A DNA stretch of 63,421 nucleotides, from NCBI GenBank assembly GCA_964650515.1, contig CAZYUB010000013.1, positions 1 to 63,421 of the forward strand. Reading direction: 5' to 3'. The position numbers and the translations under genes are program-made. The DNA is from an uncultured Planctomycetia bacterium. GTDB taxonomy: Bacteria > Omnitrophota > Gorgyraeia > Pluralincolimonadales > Pluralincolimonadaceae. The notes under the pieces are model-generated. The model worked only from the letters and a program-made list of their open reading frames with translations, was not told where the DNA came from and did no database searches. Shown here in pieces: positions 25,785 to 35,646 of the stretch; position 1 is the stretch's first letter, and every line of letters starts with the position of its first letter.

Positions 25785-27681
25785 GGCCTCCGTATTCCGC
25801 CTCCTGCCGCTCAGGTTCTCGCTTTGGGCGGCGAGGTCTTTCGGGAGTTTGGTATATTTCACGATGGGTCGCCGCAAGACCGTCGCGTACGCGAACCTGC
25901 GCGCCGCGTTCAGGGGCAGGTATACGCCCGCGCAGCTCGACGGTATCATAAAGGACGTATACAGGAATATCGCGCAGTCATATATGGAACTGCTGAAGTT
26001 CCCGCAGGTCGATGATAAATACATAAAGAAATATATAAAGATAGAAGGCCACGACAAGGTAAAAAAGGCGGTCGCTGAACAGGGCACCGGCGTCATTTTT
26101 CTTACGGCGCATTTCGGCAACTGGGAGCTTAGTTCGCTGATCGGCTCGGGTTCCGGATATAAGATGAACGTGCTCGCCCGCTGGCAGAAGATGGAGAAAC
26201 TTAACGGCTACCTGAACAAGATGCGCGGCTCGAAGGGCGCGCATGTCATATTCAAGGAGAACGCCGTCGAGGAGATCCTCGATTCCCTGAACAGGAAGGA
26301 AGCGGTCGGCATACTCTCCGACCAGGACGGCGGCAAAAAAGGAGAGCTCGTCGGGTTTCTCGGGCGCAGGGCTTCCACGCCGAAGGGTGTCGCGCATTTT
26401 TCGCTGAGGACCGGCGCGCCGGTATTCCCGGTCTTCATCGTCAGGGAACACGGGCCTTACCACAGGATAGTCGTCGAGGACGATATATCGGTGATGCGTT
26501 CCGATGACCTCGAAAAAGACGTGCATGAGATACTCCAGAGGTTCGCGGATGGCCTCGCGAAATATGTCACGAAATACCCCGGGCAGTGGCTCTGGCTGCA
26601 TAAGCGCTGGAAGTCCACGCCGACAAAATTCGTCCTCGTGCTCAATGACGGCAAGGCGGGCCATTACAAGCAGTCGCTCGCGCTCGCGCGCATGATAAAG
26701 GACGCGCGCGCCGCGAAGGGGTACCTGCCGGACGATACCGCAATCGGGGCCGTTGATGTGAAGTTCAAGAGCGCCTCCGCCAGGGCCGTTTTCGATCTCG
26801 GGTCAAAAATAGGGCTGGGCATACACGCGCTTTCGGTATGTTTCGAAAAGGAAAGCTACGAGGCCTTGAGGTCGTCATATGCCGATTACGTCGTATCATG
26901 CGGCTCTTCGCTCGCGGGAGTGAACCTGTCACTTAAGAAGGAACTGGGCTCCAGGTCCGTCGTGATAATGAAGCCTAACATATTCGACATAAAGTATTTC
27001 GACCTTGCGGTGGTCCCGGCCCACGACAGGGTGAAACCGGCGAAAAACACCGTCTTCACCAAGGGCACGGTCACCGGACTCGACGCGGCGGCCCTGCGCG
27101 GTTACGCAGCGCGGCTCAACGAAAAGGTAAAGATAACGAAGAAAAAAGTCATCGGCGTGCTTATAGGCGGCGACTCGAGGGACTACGTGCTCGAGAAGGA
27201 GCTCGCGGTTGAGGTCATGGACGGAGTCCTGCGCGCCGCGGAAGAGATAGACGCCGAGGTGCTGGTCACGACGTCGCGAAGGACGCAGAGGGCGGTCGAG
27301 TTCGCGCTGAAGGAGCGTTACGGCAAGTCCGGCAGGATAAAGATGCTGCTGATAGCCAACGACGGGAATTTCGAGGGCGCGATAGAAGGGATATTGGGGC
27401 TGTCAGGATTGCTGGTAGTATCCGGGGAATCAGTCGCTATGCTGACAGAAGCGGTAAGCTCGGACAGGCCGGTCATAGCGTTCATGCCCCGCAAGATAAG
27501 GCCGCGTTCAGCGTCGAAACTGGAGAGGTCGGTGGCCAATCTCGAGAAAGAGGCGCTGATAAAGGTATCAACACCCGCGGAGATAGCGAAGGATATAGCC
27601 CATTATATCGGCCACGAACCGGCCGCGGTCTCGGACGGCGATATCGCGGCCGTGCGCGCCGCGTTGGATAAAATAATATGA
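25747..27681 (+). CDS. Fusion: lipid A late acyltransferase (LpxL/HtrB family) plus ELM1/GtrOC1-like domain
   Basis: TAHFGNWE, ILSDQD, QWLWLHKRWK, then LVLNDGKAGH...DLAVVPAHD...VTTSRRT...VSGESVAMLTEA. Confidence 0.88.
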   Translation: MADWILYLLVRAEASVFRLLPLRFSLWAARSFGSLVYFTMGRRKTVAYANLRAAFRGRYTPAQLDGIIKDVYRNIAQSYMELLKFPQVDDKYIKKYIKIEGHDKVKKAVAEQGTGVIFLTAHFGNWELSSLIGSGSGYKMNVLARWQKMEKLNGYLNKMRGSKGAHVIFKENAVEEILDSLNRKEAVGILSDQDGGKKGELVGFLGRRASTPKGVAHFSLRTGAPVFPVFIVREHGPYHRIVVEDDISVMRSDDLEKDVHEILQRFADGLAKYVTKYPGQWLWLHKRWKSTPTKFVLVLNDGKAGHYKQSLALARMIKDARAAKGYLPDDTAIGAVDVKFKSASARAVFDLGSKIGLGIHALSVCFEKESYEALRSSYADYVVSCGSSLAGVNLSLKKELGSRSVVIMKPNIFDIKYFDLAVVPAHDRVKPAKNTVFTKGTVTGLDAAALRGYAARLNEKVKITKKKVIGVLIGGDSRDYVLEKELAVEVMDGVLRAAEEIDAEVLVTTSRRTQRAVEFALKERYGKSGRIKMLLIANDGNFEGAIEGILGLSGLLVVSGESVAMLTEAVSSDRPVIAFMPRKIRPRSASKLERSVANLEKEALIKVSTPAEIAKDIAHYIGHEPAAVSDGDIAAVRAALDKII

Positions 27682-29768
27682 AGATAATCCAGATACTTCC
27701 GTCATTGAGCATGGGAGGTGTCGAGACGGGCGTCGTCGACCTGTCGGAGCGCCTTATCAAGCTCGGGCACAACGCCGCCGTCATATCGGGCGGCGGGGAG
27801 CTCGTAAAAAAACTCGAGGCCGCCGGCATCAAGCACTACACGCTCCCGGTCGAAAAAAAGAACCCGCTTACGATACTGCGCATGATACCGGCCGTCTGCA
27901 GGATACTACGCTCGGAGAAAGCCGATATCCTGCACGCGCGCAGCAGGGTCCCCGCGATGATCGGCTATTACGCCGCCCGCAGGGCAGGCGTGGTGTTTAT
28001 AACCACGTGCCACGGGTACTATTCGAAAAAGCCGTTCAGCAAGGTGATGGGATGGGGCAAATATGTCATCGCGATAAGCCAGGTGATCGCGAAGCATATG
28101 ATGGATTCGTTCAAGGTGCCTTACAGGCGGATAAAGCTTATATACCGCGGGGTGAACCTCGAGCAGTTCAAGTTCAGGGAACCCGACGAATCCGTAAAAA
28201 GCGATTACACTATCGGGATAATCGGCAGGCTCACGCCGCTGAAAGGGCACGCGTATTTCTTCAGGGCGGCGGCGAAGGCCCTCAAATATTTTCCTCGGCT
28301 TAAGGTCCTCGTCGTGGGCGACGCGTCCCCCGGCAAGGAGAGGTACAGGCAGGAGCTGAAGGATACAGTTCGGAGGTTAGGCCTCGAAAAGCACGTGGAG
28401 TTCCTCGGCCGCAGGAGCGACATCCCGGAGATACTCGCGGGGCTCGACCTGCTTGTACTCGCGACGACGGTCCCGGAAGGATTCGGCAGGGTCATCATCG
28501 AGGCGTTCGCCGCGGGAGTGCCGGTCGTCGCGACGAGCGTCGGCGGAGTGACCGAGATAATCCGCGACGGCGTGAACGGCCTGCTCGTTCCGCCCGAAGA
28601 CCCGCAGGCGATGAGCGACGCGATCGTAAGGGTGCTTAAGGACAGGGCGCTTACGAAAGGGATCGTGCGCAACGCGAGGAAGGACGCGGAGGAGAAGTTC
28701 AACCTCGACAGGATGATAACCGAGACCGTCCGTGTCTACGAGGAAGCGCTCGAGCGGAAGAGGATACTCGTCATCAAGATAAGCGCGGTCGGAGATTGCG
28801 TGCTCGCTACGCCGTCACTGCGCGCGATACGGCAGAAGAACCCTAAGGCATATATTGCCCTGCTTACCGGCAGGATGGAGAGCCAGGCCCTCAAGGGATG
28901 CCCCTACGTGGACGAGTTCATAATATATGACAGGACCGGCCGCGACAGGGGATGGCTCAGGTTCCTCGAGCTTGCCGCGGAAGTCAGGCGATACTGCTTC
29001 GAGGAAGTCGTGGACCTGCAGAACAATTCGAAGAGCCATATATTCGCGATAATGAGCACCGCGACGAAGAGGTACGGTTACAGGAAGGGCTGGCACGGCT
29101 TCCTTCTAAATAAGGCGATAACGGATAACGGGCGCCCGATACCGCCCGTAGACCACCAGTTCAGGGTCCTCTCGCTCATGGGGATCGAGAACGCGCCTAA
29201 GGAACTCGAACTCTGGCCTTCCGCCGCGGACGAAGGATCGGTAAGGGAGATGCTTGAAACGGACTGGGTCGGGGACCAGCAGGCGCTCGTCGCGATAAAC
29301 CCGGGCGCGAGCCCGCGCTGGGCGACGAAGAGGTGGCCCGCCGAAAATTTCGCCAAACTGTGCGACCTGCTCGCGGAAAAAGAGATACGGCCGGTCATTA
29401 TCGGGGCCAAAGCGGATTCGGAGGGCGCGGACCTGATAATATCCATGACAAGGTCGAAGCCGGTGAACCTTACGGGAAAAACCACGATAACGGAACTGGC
29501 CGCGCTGATGAAGAGGATGAAATGCCTCGTTACAAGCGACAGCGCCCCGATGCATGTGGCGGCGGCGATGAAGACGCCGTTCGTCGCGTTGTTCGGCCCC
29601 ACCGACCCGGCAAGGCACCTGCCTCCTTCGCAGGCCTGCGCGGTCGTGCGCAAGGGCCTCAGGTGCGCGCCGTGCTATAAGCCGGTGTGTTCGGATATCA
29701 GGTGCAAGAGGGAGATAGAGGTGGAAGACGTCATGAAAGCGATAGAGAAACTCCTGGCGGCCCGATGA
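27678..29768 (+). CDS. Fusion: GT4 glycosyltransferase plus GT9 heptosyltransferase
   Basis: GGVE...HARSR...EGFGRVIIEA (GT4), then IKISAVGD...KRWP...SDSAPMHVAAA...FGPTDP (GT9). Confidence 0.9.
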   Translation: MKIIQILPSLSMGGVETGVVDLSERLIKLGHNAAVISGGGELVKKLEAAGIKHYTLPVEKKNPLTILRMIPAVCRILRSEKADILHARSRVPAMIGYYAARRAGVVFITTCHGYYSKKPFSKVMGWGKYVIAISQVIAKHMMDSFKVPYRRIKLIYRGVNLEQFKFREPDESVKSDYTIGIIGRLTPLKGHAYFFRAAAKALKYFPRLKVLVVGDASPGKERYRQELKDTVRRLGLEKHVEFLGRRSDIPEILAGLDLLVLATTVPEGFGRVIIEAFAAGVPVVATSVGGVTEIIRDGVNGLLVPPEDPQAMSDAIVRVLKDRALTKGIVRNARKDAEEKFNLDRMITETVRVYEEALERKRILVIKISAVGDCVLATPSLRAIRQKNPKAYIALLTGRMESQALKGCPYVDEFIIYDRTGRDRGWLRFLELAAEVRRYCFEEVVDLQNNSKSHIFAIMSTATKRYGYRKGWHGFLLNKAITDNGRPIPPVDHQFRVLSLMGIENAPKELELWPSAADEGSVREMLETDWVGDQQALVAINPGASPRWATKRWPAENFAKLCDLLAEKEIRPVIIGAKADSEGADLIISMTRSKPVNLTGKTTITELAALMKRMKCLVTSDSAPMHVAAAMKTPFVALFGPTDPARHLPPSQACAVVRKGLRCAPCYKPVCSDIRCKREIEVEDVMKAIEKLLAAR

Positions 29769-30874
29769 ACATTCTGCTGGCCACCACGCATATGAGGATG
29801 GGAGGCGTCGGCGTATACACGGTGACGCTCGCGAACCGCCTGCAGGCCGCGGGCAACCGCGTATTCGTCGCGTCTTCGGGGGGAGGCCTAACGGAAGGCC
29901 TCGCGCCGGGCATCGTAAAACTGGATGTGCCCCTCGACACTAAATCCGTGTTGAGCCCAAAGGTCCTCGTGTCCGCCCTGAAATTGCGCTCGGCGGTTAA
30001 AAAAGAGAAGATAGATATCGTGCACGCCCAGACGAGGGTATCACAGGCGGCGGCGCACCTGTTGTCCGCGATGACGGGCGTCCCGTATGTCGCGACCTGG
30101 CACGGGTTCTTCAAGCCGCACTTCCTGCGCAGGGCGTTCCCGTTCTGGGGGGTAAAGACGATAGCGATAAGCAAACCGGTATACGAGGACCTGAAGGATG
30201 CGTTCGGCAGGAAAGAGAAAGGCCTGCGGCTCGTGCCCAACGGCGTCGAGACGGACAGGTTCAACGTGGAGTATACCCCCGGAGAGAAGGACAATATAAG
30301 GAAGAAGTACGGATTGGGCGCCGGGCCGGTCGTCGGCATCATATCGCGCCTTTCCGAGGAGAAGGGCCACGCGGTCCTGATAGACGCGTTCAGGGAAATA
30401 TCCGCAAGGTTTCCCGGAGCGCAACTGCTTATTATCGGCGAAGGCCGCCTCGAGCGTGGCCTCAGGGAGAGGGCCGAAGGCCTTGGCCTCGGGGACTCTG
30501 TCCGCTTCTTCGGAAACACTTTAAACGCGCGCGAATTTCTTGCTATAATGGATGTATTCGCGAGGCCGGGGCTGCAGGAAGGGTTTGGGCTCGCGATAGC
30601 TGAAGCAATGCTGATGGGCGTTCCGGTCGTTTCCACGGGAGTCGGCGGTTTCAGGGAGATGCTAGACGAAGGGGAATTTGGCGTGCTTGTCGATCCGTGC
30701 GACGACGCAACGCTCGCAGGTGCGATATGTAGCCTGCTTGCCGATAAAGCGCTGGCGGGGCGCATAGCAGCGGCCGCGAAGAAATACGCTGCGGAGAATT
30801 TCTCGGCTGAACGCATGGCGAAGCAGACGCTTGAAGTATATAAGGAGGCGCTGGATGAGGCCGGAAAAAAATAA
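29765..30874 (+). CDS. GT4 glycosyltransferase
   Basis: GGVG, HAQTR, EGFGLAIAEAM; ATG 29765 overlaps upstream stop. Confidence 0.9.
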   Translation: MNILLATTHMRMGGVGVYTVTLANRLQAAGNRVFVASSGGGLTEGLAPGIVKLDVPLDTKSVLSPKVLVSALKLRSAVKKEKIDIVHAQTRVSQAAAHLLSAMTGVPYVATWHGFFKPHFLRRAFPFWGVKTIAISKPVYEDLKDAFGRKEKGLRLVPNGVETDRFNVEYTPGEKDNIRKKYGLGAGPVVGIISRLSEEKGHAVLIDAFREISARFPGAQLLIIGEGRLERGLRERAEGLGLGDSVRFFGNTLNAREFLAIMDVFARPGLQEGFGLAIAEAMLMGVPVVSTGVGGFREMLDEGEFGVLVDPCDDATLAGAICSLLADKALAGRIAAAAKKYAAENFSAERMAKQTLEVYKEALDEAGKK

Positions 30875-31658
30875 CCGGCCGCGCTTGGGCGCCTTTATTG
30901 CCGTAGCGGTATTGGCCCTGGTGCTGGCAGGGGTAAAGCTCTTTCTCGAGACGAAATTTTATCCGCCGGTACTCATGTACCATAACGTCGAGGACCTTCC
31001 CGGGGGCAACGCGATGTATGTCACCGGCGCGCAGTTCAGGGAGCAGATGAAGTTCCTGAGGGAGCATAAGTACAATGTCTTATCCCTTGACGCGCTCGCG
31101 AATATCCTCGAAAGCGGAGGGAGGGTGCCGAGGAACACCGTCGCGGTCACGTTCGACGACGGCAACGCGAACAATTACCTGAACGCTTTCCCCGTATTGA
31201 AGGAATACGGGATACCCGCGACGGTATTCATGATATCGGATTATATAGGCAGGGACGGGTACCTGACGATAACGCAGATAAGGAAGATGTCCGCGGCCGG
31301 GATAGATTTCGGCAGCCATACGAGGTCGCACCTTAATTTCAAGGATGCCCCGGAACGGGTGATAGCGAGCGAATTGCTGCATTCGAAAAAAATAATTGAG
31401 GAAGTGACCGGCAAGAAAGTGACGGCGTTCTGCTACCCGTTCGGCGAACGCGGCGCCTGCACAAGCGGCATGCTCGAGCGCGCCGGATACAGGACGGCTT
31501 TTGTGACGACGCTGCGCGACGGGTCGGTAAAATTGGACAGGTTCGCGCTGAAACGCATAAAGATAGAGACGAGCAGGGCTAACATGCTCGAGTTCAGGCT
31601 CAAGGTGTCGGGCTACTACACATGGCTGAAGTCGGCCGGACGGAAAAAGAAAAATTGA
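30855..31658 (+). CDS. Polysaccharide deacetylase (NodB/CE4), N-terminally anchored
   Basis: PVLMYH, TFDDG, FGSHTRSH, FCYPFG; AAGGAGG RBS before 30855. Confidence 0.92.
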   Translation: MRPEKNNRPRLGAFIAVAVLALVLAGVKLFLETKFYPPVLMYHNVEDLPGGNAMYVTGAQFREQMKFLREHKYNVLSLDALANILESGGRVPRNTVAVTFDDGNANNYLNAFPVLKEYGIPATVFMISDYIGRDGYLTITQIRKMSAAGIDFGSHTRSHLNFKDAPERVIASELLHSKKIIEEVTGKKVTAFCYPFGERGACTSGMLERAGYRTAFVTTLRDGSVKLDRFALKRIKIETSRANMLEFRLKVSGYYTWLKSAGRKKKN

Positions 31659-32674
31659 AAAAGATACTGATAGTAAACGTGAACTGGATAGGGGATGTGC
31701 TCTTCTCGACCCCGGCCATACGCGCGCTGCGCAGGCATTTTCCCGACGCGCATATCGCCTGCATGGTCGTGCCGCGCTGCAGGGAGGTGCTCGAGCTGAA
31801 CCCTAACATTAACGAACTGATCATCTATGACGAAAAGGGCGAGTATAAGGGCCTGACGGGAAAGATGAGGCTGATATCGGAGCTGAAGGCGCGCTCGTTC
31901 GATATCGTGTTCCTTTTCCACAGGTCGCTGACCCGCACGCTGATGGTCGCCCTCTCGGGGATAAAGGAGAGGGTCGGCATCGATAACCCGAAGAGGGGCT
32001 TCCTGCTTTCGAGGAAGGTCCTGCCGCCGCCGCCGGACATACATAAGGTCGAGCAGTTCCTGAACATCGTAAAGGTAACAGGCGTGCGCGACTGCGGCAA
32101 GGACATGGAAGTGCATGTCAGCAAGAGCGACGAGGCGTTCGCGGAGGCATTCCTGAAGTCCCAGGGCATAAAGAGGGGCGAGCCGTTCGTTGTCCTGAAC
32201 GCAGGCGGCAACTGGGACATGAAGCGCTGGCCCGCGGAAAATTTCGCCGAACTCGGTAATAAGCTTGGCAAGGAATACGGCATGCCGGTCGTATTGACCG
32301 GCGCCGGGAAGGACGTCGGCCTCGCCGAAAAGATCGCCGGCATGATGAAGAAGAAGCCGGTCATCGCCGCGGGCACTACCTCGTTGAGGCAGCTCGCCTC
32401 GATAATGAAACGCTCTGCGCTCGTCGTCTCTAACGATTCGGGGCCGATGCATATAGCGGTCAGCCAGGGCGCGAGGACGATAGCGATATTCGGGCCGACC
32501 GACCCTAAACTTACGGGGCCGTACGGCAGCGGGATATACAAAGTGCTGCAGAAGAGTTCCGGGAAGCCGGGATGCAAGATACCGTGCTACAACCTGCGCT
32601 GCGAAGATGCCCTTTGCATGAAAGCGGTATCGGTAGATGACGTCATGCGCGAAGCGGAAGGGCTCCTTAAATGA
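31655..32674 (+). CDS. waaF: LPS heptosyltransferase II-like GT9
   Basis: NWIGDVLFSTPAIR, KRWP, NDSGPMHIA, FGPTDP; start TTG 31655 or ATG 31622. Confidence 0.85.
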   Translation: MKKILIVNVNWIGDVLFSTPAIRALRRHFPDAHIACMVVPRCREVLELNPNINELIIYDEKGEYKGLTGKMRLISELKARSFDIVFLFHRSLTRTLMVALSGIKERVGIDNPKRGFLLSRKVLPPPPDIHKVEQFLNIVKVTGVRDCGKDMEVHVSKSDEAFAEAFLKSQGIKRGEPFVVLNAGGNWDMKRWPAENFAELGNKLGKEYGMPVVLTGAGKDVGLAEKIAGMMKKKPVIAAGTTSLRQLASIMKRSALVVSNDSGPMHIAVSQGARTIAIFGPTDPKLTGPYGSGIYKVLQKSSGKPGCKIPCYNLRCEDALCMKAVSVDDVMREAEGLLK

Positions 32675-33642
32675 AAAGCGTAAATAAGATACTCGTCGTG
32701 ACCCTGAGCAATATTGGCGATGCCGTGCTGACGCTGCCGGTCATAAACGCCCTGCGCGCGCAATACGGCGAGGCGGAGATAGACGTTGTCGCTGGCCCGC
32801 GTTCCGCGGAGGTCTTCGTATCGGACCCGAGGATAAATAAGGTTTACATATATGATAAGTCGGCCCCGCTGGCGCGTAAGGCGCGCCTCATGCTCGAGCT
32901 CAGGAAGAACCGTTACGGCCTTCTCGTTGACCTTCGCAACAGCATGTTCGGGTTCTTCGTCGGAGCCGGGGCTTCCAACGGGCCGGCCAGGGCGCCCGCA
33001 GGAGAAGCCAAACATAAGACGGAGGAGCACCTCGACAGGATAAGGCAACTCGGCATAGACGCGAGGTACGCGCCGTTCCCGGTCTGGATAGGGAAGCCCG
33101 ACGAAGAGAAGGCGAGGATCCTGCTGAGGGACAAGGGCATATCGGACGCCGACAGGTTGATAAGCGTAAGCCCGGGCGCGAAGAGCCATATAAAGAAGTG
33201 GAGCGAAGGCGGGTTCGCGAAGGCCTGCGACATGCTTGCCGCGTCATATAAAATGAAGGTAGTGTTCGTCGGCGACGCCTCCGAAAAGGAGACGTGCCAA
33301 AGGATAATAAATATGATGCGCAGTTACGCCGTCTCGACAGCGGGTTCCACGAACCTGCGCGAACTCGCGTGGATCATCAAACGCTCATCGCTGCTGATAA
33401 CCAACGACAGCGCGCCTTTGCACATTGCGGGCTCCGTAGGGACGCCGGCTGTGGCCATATTCGGCCCGACCGACCCGAAAAGATACGGCCCGAGGGAGGG
33501 CGCGGGGATCACGGTCAGCAGGAAGCTACACTGCTCGCCGTGCGAGAGCGCGCAATGCAGGTATAACCTCGAATGCATGAAATCCGTGACCGTCGAAGAG
33601 GTCTTCGATACCGCGAAAAAGGTGCTGGATGCAGGAAAATAA
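32671..33642 (+). CDS. GT9 heptosyltransferase-family protein
   Basis: SNIGDAVL, KKW, NDSAPLHIA, FGPTDP. Confidence 0.9.
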   Translation: MKSVNKILVVTLSNIGDAVLTLPVINALRAQYGEAEIDVVAGPRSAEVFVSDPRINKVYIYDKSAPLARKARLMLELRKNRYGLLVDLRNSMFGFFVGAGASNGPARAPAGEAKHKTEEHLDRIRQLGIDARYAPFPVWIGKPDEEKARILLRDKGISDADRLISVSPGAKSHIKKWSEGGFAKACDMLAASYKMKVVFVGDASEKETCQRIINMMRSYAVSTAGSTNLRELAWIIKRSSLLITNDSAPLHIAGSVGTPAVAIFGPTDPKRYGPREGAGITVSRKLHCSPCESAQCRYNLECMKSVTVEEVFDTAKKVLDAGK

Positions 33643-34675
33643 GAGAAAATACAGGATACTGATAATCAGGACCGACAGGATAGGCGACGTGCTTCTTTCC
33701 ACGCCCGCGATAAAAGCGGTAAGGGACGCGTACCCAAACGCGCATATCGCGATGATGGTCAGGCCGTATGTCGAGGACATCGTTGATGGCAATCCCTACC
33801 TCGATGAAGTGATCTTGTACGACAAGGACAATGAGCAGAAAGGGATCTTCGCGACCCTGGCTTTCGTAGCCGGGCTAAGGCGCAAGAAGTTCGACCTCGC
33901 GATAGTCCTCCACCCGACCATACGATCAAACATGATACCGTTCCTCGCCGGAATACCCGAGAGGGTCGGCTATGACAGGAAATGGGGTTTCCTGCTGACG
34001 AAGCGGCTTAAGGACACGAAACACTACGGCGAGAAGCACGAGATAGATTACAGCCTCGATGTCCTGCGCCCGATCGGGATAACATCGAACAGCAGGGCGC
34101 TTTACATGCCCGTAAAGCCGGAATACGAGAGGGTCATAGAACGTTTCATGGACCTTGCCGACCTCGGGAGCAGGGATATTATCGTCGCTATAAGCCCGGG
34201 GGCGAGCTGCCCGTCGAAGCGCTGGCCCGCTTACAGGTTCGGCCGCGTGGCGGATGAGCTCATAGGAAGGCGCGGTGTGAAGGTCGTGATCATCGGCGGG
34301 CCGTCCGATAAGAAGACGGTAGATGAGGTGAAGACGGGCATGCTGCACAGCCCGATAGTGCTGTCGGAGGAGCATTCGCTCGGGGAGGTGGCGGCATTGC
34401 TGAAGAGGTGCAAACTGCTGATCTCAAACGACTCCGGCCCGGTGCATATCGCGGTAGCGGTCGGGACCCCGGTAATCTCGATATTCGGCAGGTTGGATCC
34501 GGGGCTTTCTCCCCAGAGGTGGGGGCCGGTCGGGCCGCGCGACATCGTTATACATAAGGATGCCGGATGCAAGGAGTGCCTTGCGCACAACTGCAAACTC
34601 GGTTTCAAATGCCTGGAGGCCGTTGCTGTCGAAGATGTCCTTTCGGCGGCGGAAGGGCTCCTAGGCGGCAATTGA
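33629..34675 (+). CDS. GT9 heptosyltransferase-family protein
   Basis: RTDRIGDVLLSTP, KRWP, NDSGPVHIA. Confidence 0.9.
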   Translation: MQENKRKYRILIIRTDRIGDVLLSTPAIKAVRDAYPNAHIAMMVRPYVEDIVDGNPYLDEVILYDKDNEQKGIFATLAFVAGLRRKKFDLAIVLHPTIRSNMIPFLAGIPERVGYDRKWGFLLTKRLKDTKHYGEKHEIDYSLDVLRPIGITSNSRALYMPVKPEYERVIERFMDLADLGSRDIIVAISPGASCPSKRWPAYRFGRVADELIGRRGVKVVIIGGPSDKKTVDEVKTGMLHSPIVLSEEHSLGEVAALLKRCKLLISNDSGPVHIAVAVGTPVISIFGRLDPGLSPQRWGPVGPRDIVIHKDAGCKECLAHNCKLGFKCLEAVAVEDVLSAAEGLLGGN

Positions 34676-34700
34676 CATAATGCGTTAATAGTGGTAAACT
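34672..34700 (+). promoter_or_regulatory. sigma70 promoter of hldD-kds operon
   Basis: TTGACA-17-TAAACT with TG extension; -35 contains the upstream TGA stop. Confidence 0.8.
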
Positions 34701-34727
34701 TTTCGACAACAGAAAGCAAGGTAAACC

Positions 34728-35645
34728 ATGAAATTCTTAGTCACCGGAGCGGCAGGCCTTATCGGCTCCAACCTCGCATTAGAACTCCAGAAACACGGTA
34801 AGACCATCGCTTTAGACGACCTTTCAGCCGGCAGGAAAGAGAACCTCGCGCGCTTTAAGGGAGCGATGGTCATAGCGGACATACGCAAGGTGGACTACTC
34901 GAAGTTCCTCGACAGGTGCGACGCGGTATTCCATCAGGCCGCCATCACAGATACTACCGTCATGGACAGGAACCTGATGCTGTCGGTCAACGTCGACGCC
35001 TTCAAGAGGCTCCTTATTTACGCGAAATCGATCGGGTGCAAAAAGATAGTGTACGCGTCGAGCGCCGCGACATACGGCAAGGGCAAGGTCCCGATGAAAG
35101 AGACCGACAGGCCCGCGCCCGCCAACATCTACGGCGAGAGCAAGGTCCGCATGGAGCAGGTAGCTAAGGCGTTCGTGAAGGAGAACCCGGACTTCTCCGT
35201 CGTGGGACTGCGTTATTTCAACGTCTACGGCCCCGGAGAGACGCATAAGAAGAAGGCCGCAAGCATGATATACCAGCTTTACCTGCAGATGGCCTCAGGC
35301 AAGCGCCCGAGGGTCTTCAAATGGGGCGAACAGTACCGCGATTTCATATACGTCAAGGATGTCGTCGCCGCCAACATGAAGGCGATGGCGTATAATGGCA
35401 GCGGAGCCTTCAACGTAGGCACCGGAGCGCCCGCGACATTCAACGAGGTAATAGAGGCCCTGAACAAGGCGCTGAAGAAAGACCTGACGCCCGAGTATTT
35501 CGATAATCCTTACGGTTTCTACCAGGACAGGACGCATGCCGATATGGCGCTGTCGAAGGCAGCGCTCAAATTCTCCGCTAAATACGGTGTAGAGGCGGGG
35601 ATAAAAGATTACGTATCGATCCTGAAAAAACAGAAAAGGCGCTGA
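34728..35645 (+). CDS. hldD: ADP-L-glycero-D-manno-heptose 6-epimerase
   Basis: VTGAAGLIGS, YASSAATYG, PANIYGESK, RYFNVYGPGETHK. Confidence 0.9.
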   Translation: MKFLVTGAAGLIGSNLALELQKHGKTIALDDLSAGRKENLARFKGAMVIADIRKVDYSKFLDRCDAVFHQAAITDTTVMDRNLMLSVNVDAFKRLLIYAKSIGCKKIVYASSAATYGKGKVPMKETDRPAPANIYGESKVRMEQVAKAFVKENPDFSVVGLRYFNVYGPGETHKKKAASMIYQLYLQMASGKRPRVFKWGEQYRDFIYVKDVVAANMKAMAYNGSGAFNVGTGAPATFNEVIEALNKALKKDLTPEYFDNPYGFYQDRTHADMALSKAALKFSAKYGVEAGIKDYVSILKKQKRR

Positions 35646-35646
35646 G

